Positions 58,238 to 64,000 of a stretch of DNA of 64,000 nucleotides are shown piece by piece. This DNA is from Thermodesulfobium acidiphilum (GTDB lineage Bacteria > Thermodesulfobiota > Thermodesulfobiia > Thermodesulfobiales > Thermodesulfobiaceae), in NCBI RefSeq assembly GCF_003057965.1, contig NZ_CP020921.1:918916-982915 (forward strand). The letters run 5' to 3'. The notes beneath the pieces are model-generated. The model was not told where the DNA came from. It was given only the letters and a program-made list of their open reading frames with translations, and searched no databases. Both the position numbers and the translations under genes were made by a program. Each line of letters opens with the position of its first letter. Within the stretch, counting starts at the first letter, position 1.

Positions 58238-59446
58238 TTAGATTTGTTTTTTATTCTTAAAATCCTTTTTAAACATAGTGTCCCACGGATCAATTAATAT
58301 CTTTTCATCAGGTATCTCTAAATTATTATATTTGCTATGCGGACAGCCTATGAATATGATATCGCTTTTTTCTATTAATTCATCTTCGGATAAAAATCTA
58401 GGATCTTTTATAAATGGATCTGAGCAAAGGAGCGTGCAGTTTTCAAACTCTAATATGTGTTTTAACTTGTATGAAAGAGATTCTCTCTTGTCATCGCTAT
58501 CTGGCTTAAATGCCATGCCAAGAATACCTACAACCTTGTTCTCAAGGGATATTCTTTGTTTTAGTTGCTCTACAAGAAAGTAAGGAAGTCCTTCGTTTAC
58601 GAGCATAGCTGCATGTCCTAAGAAGAAATTGTTCTTGCTAAAGGCAGCAAGCTGCATGGTATCCTTAAAAAGACATGGCCCTGCAGTAAAGCCTGCTCTA
58701 GGAAGGTCCTTTGCTCTCGGGTAGTTATACACAATAGCATCATATATCTTGTAGAAGTCAAGGTTATTTTGCGTGGCAATTTGGTAGAACTGATTTGCAA
58801 TGGAGAACTTTATATACCTATAGACGTTTGTAAAGAGCTTTGCCAATTCTGCTTCCATAAAGGAGAGCCTTATTACTTCAGACGTAATAATCTTGAACAG
58901 TTTTTCAGCTTCAGAAAAGGATGAGTCGTCTTCAGAAGAAATTATCTGTGGAAGAGTAGAAATCTCCTTTATAGCATAGCCCTGAGCAATCCTTTCTGGA
59001 CAAAAGGATACTCTTGTCTTCAGATTGCTCTTTCTAAGGTAGTCAATTATCCTCTCAGTAGTGCCAGGATATACAGTGCTTCTTAAGATTATGTGCTGAT
59101 TATCTGAAAAGAGATTTATAAATCTTGAGAAAAAGTCTCTAAATAAGACAAAGTTAGGTGATAGGTGTTCATCTACTGGAGTTCCTATTACTATGACAAT
59201 GAACTTTGAATCCTTAATTACATCTCTATCGTCAGTAACGAAAAGGGTTTTGTCAAGAGTAGTTTTTAATATCTCTTCTGCGCCTTGTTCCATAAAGGGC
59301 ATTACTTTGTTTTTTACTAAATTTATTGCATCCTTATTTATGTCATACAAGATTGTTTTTATATTTTTGTTTGCAAAGGATAGGCCTAAGGGTAGACCTA
59401 CATGTCCTAAGCCGCCTATTACACATACGTCATACTTAAAGCTCAA
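58238..59446 (-). CDS. Nucleotide-sugar dehydrogenase (UDP-glucose/GDP-mannose DH family)
   Basis: GGLGHVGLP, RSTVYPGTT, CPERI, GPCLFKD, AFKPDSDDKRES; TTG 59446 after GGAGG. Confidence 0.93.
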   Translation of the reverse strand: MSFKYDVCVIGGLGHVGLPLGLSFANKNIKTILYDINKDAINLVKNKVMPFMEQGAEEILKTTLDKTLFVTDDRDVIKDSKFIVIVIGTPVDEHLSPNFVLFRDFFSRFINLFSDNQHIILRSTVYPGTTERIIDYLRKSNLKTRVSFCPERIAQGYAIKEISTLPQIISSEDDSSFSEAEKLFKIITSEVIRLSFMEAELAKLFTNVYRYIKFSIANQFYQIATQNNLDFYKIYDAIVYNYPRAKDLPRAGFTAGPCLFKDTMQLAAFSKNNFFLGHAAMLVNEGLPYFLVEQLKQRISLENKVVGILGMAFKPDSDDKRESLSYKLKHILEFENCTLLCSDPFIKDPRFLSEDELIEKSDIIFIGCPHSKYNNLEIPDEKILIDPWDTMFKKDFKNKKQI

Positions 59447-59499
59447 TTTAACCTCCAATTATTTAGATTAATTATTAAGATTAATTATTTAAAACAGAT

Positions 59500-59940
59500 T
59501 TATCTTTTAAAAATTGCCCTGTCATACACTACATAATTTAACAGTGAAGCTATTCCTATTCCAATTGCAACGTTTAATATATAGTTTAATTTGAAAAAGT
59601 AATCAAAGAAGGCAAAAGAAACAGTTCTGATGACAATTGCAAGCGTGTTGGAAGAATAGAAAAGAATTAGTTGTTTTAAAAGCTTGTATCCTTTTTCAAA
59701 AACGCAGTCTCTCCATGTCCAGGCCCTGTGTAAAAAGAATGCAAACAATATGCTCAAGATGAGGGCAATAAAGTTAGAAATATTTTTTAAAAGAGTAGAG
59801 TTCATTCTGAAAAGATCTATGAAGACATATATTAGAAGAAAGTTAAAGGCAGCAGAAATTAAACCTATCAGGATAAACCTAATTACCCTTTCTTTATGCG
59901 TGAGAAAAACTTTATCAGCATTCAATTCTAAATCTTTAAT
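59500..59940 (-). CDS. GtrA family flippase-like protein, probable ATT start (alternative TTG 59952)
   Basis: RFILIG, FFLHRAWTW, LNYVVYDRAIF; GGAGG-TTCAT-ATT context. Confidence 0.85.
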   Translation of the reverse strand: MKDLELNADKVFLTHKERVIRFILIGLISAAFNFLLIYVFIDLFRMNSTLLKNISNFIALILSILFAFFLHRAWTWRDCVFEKGYKLLKQLILFYSSNTLAIVIRTVSFAFFDYFFKLNYILNVAIGIGIASLLNYVVYDRAIFKR

Positions 59941-59998
59941 ATGAACCTCCAATTGGTTGTGATCACAAATTAAAAAAACAATTCATAATTATTCTACA

Positions 59999-62380
59999 TT
60001 ACTTTTCAATATTTAATTCTATTGGCTTAGATTCATAATAACCAGTTTCATCATAACTTATTATTCTTAAGGTTAAAATGTGTTTCCCATAACTTAATTC
60101 GTTCAAAGGTATTGAACCACTAAATCCGGAATATTCATAATTTAAATTATTAAAAGCCTTACTTACATCAGGTCTTTGGACTCCACTTCCTAACGGATAA
60201 AAATATTTATTATCTATTACTGCAATAACACCTCTATCAGCATTTTTTGCAACGCTGTCTACTGCCCAGCCAGACATTTGGATAATGTCATTTTTATCAT
60301 TTTTTGTTAGATTTATATCAGTTGGAGGTGTAGGATTTTGTGATAAGTTATATAAAGGCTTTGTATTATTTAATGTGATTGATTCTATTGTGTAAGAGGT
60401 TGGTTGATTTAATAAATGAGTGTTTTGAGTCAAAAAGCTAATATCTTTAAATTTAGCATCAGAATTATAAAAAATCACATTATAGCTATTATCATAATCT
60501 AAGTTTATGCCTTTTGTAATAATTTTAAAAGATTTTATTTTCAAGAGGTTATAAGCATCCCCATTCATTATGTCGTTTAAATCGCTTTGGTTTCTAATAA
60601 AATATTTTACAAAAAGGTGATCCCCAGATACAGTAGGAATAAATCTATATGGACCAACTATTTGATTGTTTGATAGCTTAAAAGATATGTAAATTTGGCT
60701 AAGAGGTTTGTAAAGAATATCTATAATATGAGATATAAAGGTCGGATTGATATAAATATCCATAAAATCAGCATTTGAGGGCAAATCAACCCATTGATTT
60801 AATTCAGTTTTTATACTTGATATTGAAGTCAAATTTAGATCATGACATGAATCTCTTCTTGTAAGAAGACTATACCTATTTCCCTGAATTTCAGTTCTAT
60901 AACAAGATAATATTGCCATAAAAGTATATGGCTCAGAGAATAAGGGATATCTGTTATCAATATCCTCAAATGTGTAAATTATTTTTTGCAAAGTTATATC
61001 GCTTAAAATTTGCTTTGCATTCTGCTCATCAAGATATGGAGTATATGCAGAATAAGCTTGTGGGATAATTTGTGGGGTAAATTTAAAATTATAACCCTGA
61101 GCCATCATAAGATCCCAGGGAATTATTGTAACAGATTTATCTCCAATAGTCTGAAGAATCGCTGAATCAATTTTAAATTGGTTACGAATAGCGCTATCTG
61201 TTGATTGCTGAAGTTTGATTCTTTCGTGTTTGTTAAAACTTAGATTTATAAAATTAATAATGGATTTAGTACTATTGGCACCGTTAATATTTACTGAACC
61301 ACCAATTAAATTAAAGCAAAATATAAACAAGAAAATAAAATTTATGAAATTATTTGACAACCTCATTCTTGAATAAAGAAGAATGGTAAATGCTATTACA
61401 ATTATACAAACTGTAAAAAAGGATAAAGCATGTCCGCCAGCTATACCAGGATCCTGTCTAACAAAACCTTCTTTAAAAACAAGAAATAACAATAATAAAA
61501 GTAAAAAAAGTTGAGAAAAAAGAATTTTTTGCTTATTTTTATACGAATTTAAAATTAAATAAATAAAATATAAAAGTGTAGTTATCGCACCAAATGTCTG
61601 TAAAATCCTACCATTTAAAAACATTGCTGGAGTATATCCTTTTATTATTTCATATACTCCCATAAAGAGATCAGGTAAATTAGACAAATTTTGTCCAATA
61701 AGTAGATAGATAAGTAGAAAAACTAAGATAAATGAAAATAATCCGACAAAGCCTTGAAAGAAATTTTTTTTACTTTTGAAATTATATTCTATTAAAAATG
61801 GATATATTAGTAAGAATAATATTGAAAAGGGGATAATGTTAAATTTGATAAGCGAGCTAAATGCGAACAAAGCCCCAGACAAGACATATCTTATCAAAAC
61901 AATCTTATTATTTTTTATAAAATCGCAATTAAAAGTATCAGCAATTATCAGAGTTGCCATCAGGCAAAGAAGCATTGAGATAGGGATAGAAGATGATACT
62001 ATGATGCTAATTGCAACTATATATATATATGATGCTATTGAATTGTGAATATTAGAATCTTTGTTCTTAAAAACATATAAATACAAAAAATAAATAAATA
62101 TTGCACAGAAACTAAGTCTTACAAAAATACTTGTGATAGCTGTTATAAGCCATAACAAATGATTGCTATAAAAATAAGTATTCTCCAAAAAGCCAAGAGG
62201 TCCAAAGGTAAATATTATCTCTTTACCCCATTGCAAATTATTTGAAAATGCATATCCAAGAAGCCAGCACCATGATGTGTCTAGAGTATCGCCAGTTGGA
62301 GCAAAAACCTTTACAAGATCAGGAATAGTAGTTAAAATAAGAATAAATACAGTTATAATTAAAAAAGTTTTCTTTCTCAT
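59999..62380 (-). CDS. Large polytopic membrane protein (GT-C-like) with C-terminal Ig-like domain
   Basis: LDTSW, FTFGPLG, KEGFVRQD, AYTPYLD, IDNRYP; C-terminal GWAVD...RPDV...SGF. Confidence 0.75.
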   Translation of the reverse strand: MRKKTFLIITVFILILTTIPDLVKVFAPTGDTLDTSWCWLLGYAFSNNLQWGKEIIFTFGPLGFLENTYFYSNHLLWLITAITSIFVRLSFCAIFIYFLYLYVFKNKDSNIHNSIASYIYIVAISIIVSSSIPISMLLCLMATLIIADTFNCDFIKNNKIVLIRYVLSGALFAFSSLIKFNIIPFSILFLLIYPFLIEYNFKSKKNFFQGFVGLFSFILVFLLIYLLIGQNLSNLPDLFMGVYEIIKGYTPAMFLNGRILQTFGAITTLLYFIYLILNSYKNKQKILFSQLFLLLLLLFLVFKEGFVRQDPGIAGGHALSFFTVCIIVIAFTILLYSRMRLSNNFINFIFLFIFCFNLIGGSVNINGANSTKSIINFINLSFNKHERIKLQQSTDSAIRNQFKIDSAILQTIGDKSVTIIPWDLMMAQGYNFKFTPQIIPQAYSAYTPYLDEQNAKQILSDITLQKIIYTFEDIDNRYPLFSEPYTFMAILSCYRTEIQGNRYSLLTRRDSCHDLNLTSISSIKTELNQWVDLPSNADFMDIYINPTFISHIIDILYKPLSQIYISFKLSNNQIVGPYRFIPTVSGDHLFVKYFIRNQSDLNDIMNGDAYNLLKIKSFKIITKGINLDYDNSYNVIFYNSDAKFKDISFLTQNTHLLNQPTSYTIESITLNNTKPLYNLSQNPTPPTDINLTKNDKNDIIQMSGWAVDSVAKNADRGVIAVIDNKYFYPLGSGVQRPDVSKAFNNLNYEYSGFSGSIPLNELSYGKHILTLRIISYDETGYYESKPIELNIEK

Positions 62381-62545
62381 TTCTTATAGAAAATTCCTTT
62401 CATTATCAATTACTGATTTTTTACAATAATTTTAGATACAATAAAATACTTCGCATACCCCATTTGTGTTCTAAAATTAAATTCTAATTATAACAAATTC
62501 CATTGTAATTATAAAAGTAAAAAAATATATAAATTTCCTAAAAAA

Positions 62546-63550
62546 TTAGAAAACAACCTTTACAGGCAGGTAATTAACCCTAAAATTTTCTGGAATGTTT
62601 GTTAGTGGCTCTAGCTCAACAACTACAGAAAGTCCATCTTTTGTAAAAGGTGAGACTAAAACAGGCGGAATTTTTTGAGTTTGAGCTTTTAATCCAACAA
62701 TTCTAGCTTCTATAGATTGGCCATCAGGGAAAATAACCCTGGCTTTTTTATTTAAAACAACATATTTTGATTTATCTGGATCCAAAAATGCTTCTATTCG
62801 AATATTATTATCAATTTGTATAGAAATTAGATCACTATCTTTACTTACTAATTCTCCCTCTTTTACAAAATCAAGTGCGATCGTTCCAGATTGAGGAGCC
62901 TTTACAATCAAACTTTCCAAAATAGATTTTAACTCATTCAAACGTACGTTATCAGAAATAGGAGGAGTATATGTAACATTATTGCTTTCTAAGCTGGATT
63001 TAATTTGAAGATAAGATATCTCTGCAGAATTTAGTTGAGAAAGTGCGTTTGACACCTCAGCGTTTGTAGCCGCACCTTTTTCTCTTAGACTCAATATCTC
63101 TTTGTAAGTTTTTAAACGATATTCATAAAGTTCTTTTGCACTTTTCAACATTTCTGGACTGGGTTTTAAAGGTGTCACAGGTTTTACTTGTTGCAAATTA
63201 CTTGCTAATTCTTTATATTGATTTTCAAGAACTTGATTGTTTATTTTTGCTATAATTTCACCCTTAGAAACTTTTTCACCTGGTTTTTTTATAAATTCTA
63301 TATACCCATCATATGGCGCCTTAATTGTAATCTGATTGTAAATTAAATAACCTGGAGCATTTATGAAGAATAAATTATAAACAGTCTTGTATATCAAATA
63401 ACCACCAAAAACGATAAACGGAAGCAAAAATAAAATAAGAACAATTCTAAACCTCCATTTTGAAATAGGTCTTTTTGCAGGGGCATAATTTACTTTTAAA
63501 GTATTATATTCATCTGGTGAAGTAGGTGGTTTGCTAAATTTAATTTTCAT
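62546..63550 (-). CDS. HlyD-like membrane fusion/periplasmic adaptor protein
   Basis: N-terminal TM, IKAPYDG and VKAPQSG lipoyl half-motifs flanking a coiled coil. Confidence 0.8.
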   Translation of the reverse strand: MKIKFSKPPTSPDEYNTLKVNYAPAKRPISKWRFRIVLILFLLPFIVFGGYLIYKTVYNLFFINAPGYLIYNQITIKAPYDGYIEFIKKPGEKVSKGEIIAKINNQVLENQYKELASNLQQVKPVTPLKPSPEMLKSAKELYEYRLKTYKEILSLREKGAATNAEVSNALSQLNSAEISYLQIKSSLESNNVTYTPPISDNVRLNELKSILESLIVKAPQSGTIALDFVKEGELVSKDSDLISIQIDNNIRIEAFLDPDKSKYVVLNKKARVIFPDGQSIEARIVGLKAQTQKIPPVLVSPFTKDGLSVVVELEPLTNIPENFRVNYLPVKVVF

Positions 63551-64000
63551 TTTTTAACCTCCAGAAATCTTCAAGAGATTGAATTGTAATCCCTGAAAAA
63601 TTGCTTTTTTCTTCAAAAGTCTTATATAAATCTCCCCATCTTAAAAGTGAATTATTAATTCCTATTGTTGCAAAAGTTTCATCCTCGGGTAAAACAGACG
63701 TTGGCTCACAAGAAATAGCTACACTAAAATGTAAATTAGGATTTTCTTCCATAATTTTATCTCCAATTTCCACAATTTTATCTGTATTTATGGTATATAT
63801 CATAAGAATAACTTCGTTTAAACCAGCTTTATTTAGGCTTTCTAATAACTTATGATCTTCGGCATCTTTGTAATTCATAGAAAGTCCAATCGGCAATGTG
63901 GTTGAGGCATGAACTTCAGCAATCGTCTTAATTATTCCTTTATTCCAAGAATTCCTATCCTTTTCTGGAAGCTGATTTTTTTCTATGTCTAACTGTATTC
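63540..64000 (-). CDS. Hypothetical protein, C-terminal part (start outside window)
   Basis: Frame stays open to the window edge (IQLDIEKNQLPEK...); stop overlaps the HlyD start. Confidence 0.75.
   Translation of the reverse strand, partial: IQLDIEKNQLPEKDRNSWNKGIIKTIAEVHASTTLPIGLSMNYKDAEDHKLLESLNKAGLNEVILMIYTINTDKIVEIGDKIMEENPNLHFSVAISCEPTSVLPEDETFATIGINNSLLRWGDLYKTFEEKSNFSGITIQSLEDFWRLKNEN

Noticed and set aside
59957-59968. Perfect palindrome TTGTGATCACAA before gtrA
   Set aside because: Single 12-bp palindrome with no spacer; expected by chance in 64 kb of AT-rich DNA.
448-63855. Many 60-150 aa track ORFs antisense to or nested in long genes (e.g. 448..675, 2242..2556, 9320..9592, 22007..22468, 36513..36914, 42464..42910)
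   Set aside because: Shadow frames of well-supported genes with no recognisable motifs.
1-64000. CRISPR arrays, tRNA/rRNA genes, transposases or prophage genes
   Set aside because: None recognised by eye; short or degenerate elements could have been missed.

Overview
AT-rich bacterial chromosomal window, mostly minus-strand genes. Gene content (KorAB, an Ehr/Hyf-like complex, LPS-type GT9 enzymes, Firmicute-like leuS-comEA-comEC-holA-rpsT synteny) suggests an anaerobic diderm; my guess of a Thermodesulfobium-like organism is unverified. Layout: 1-6 kb thioredoxin-reductase fusion, two SPASM radical SAM paralogs and korAB; 6-17.5 kb housekeeping core; 17.7-37.6 kb accessory region with several gene remnants; 37.8-45 kb Ehr-type operon; 45-62 kb surface-glycan genes. 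I saw no rRNA, tRNA, CRISPR array or transposase. Top candidate for a new system: an unannotated peptide gene (2462-2346, minus) between the two radical SAM genes. It reads ...GSGKVCRK-UGA-KS-UGA-UAG and is followed by a hairpin with bacterial-SECIS-like geometry, so it may be a C-x-x-U-x-x-U selenopeptide RiPP precursor. Other highlights: three clear and one probable AUU-initiated genes (yebC, a sulfotransferase, a GT2, gtrA); a structured leader upstream of the Ehr operon; a Moco/Tuco riboswitch whose target appears lost; a Rieske-less cytochrome b module; a UppP homolog lacking its catalytic Ser; a Pho-box array; a G12 tract; and an in-frame His/Tyr/Trp-rich remnant. All assignments were made by eye with no database searches.
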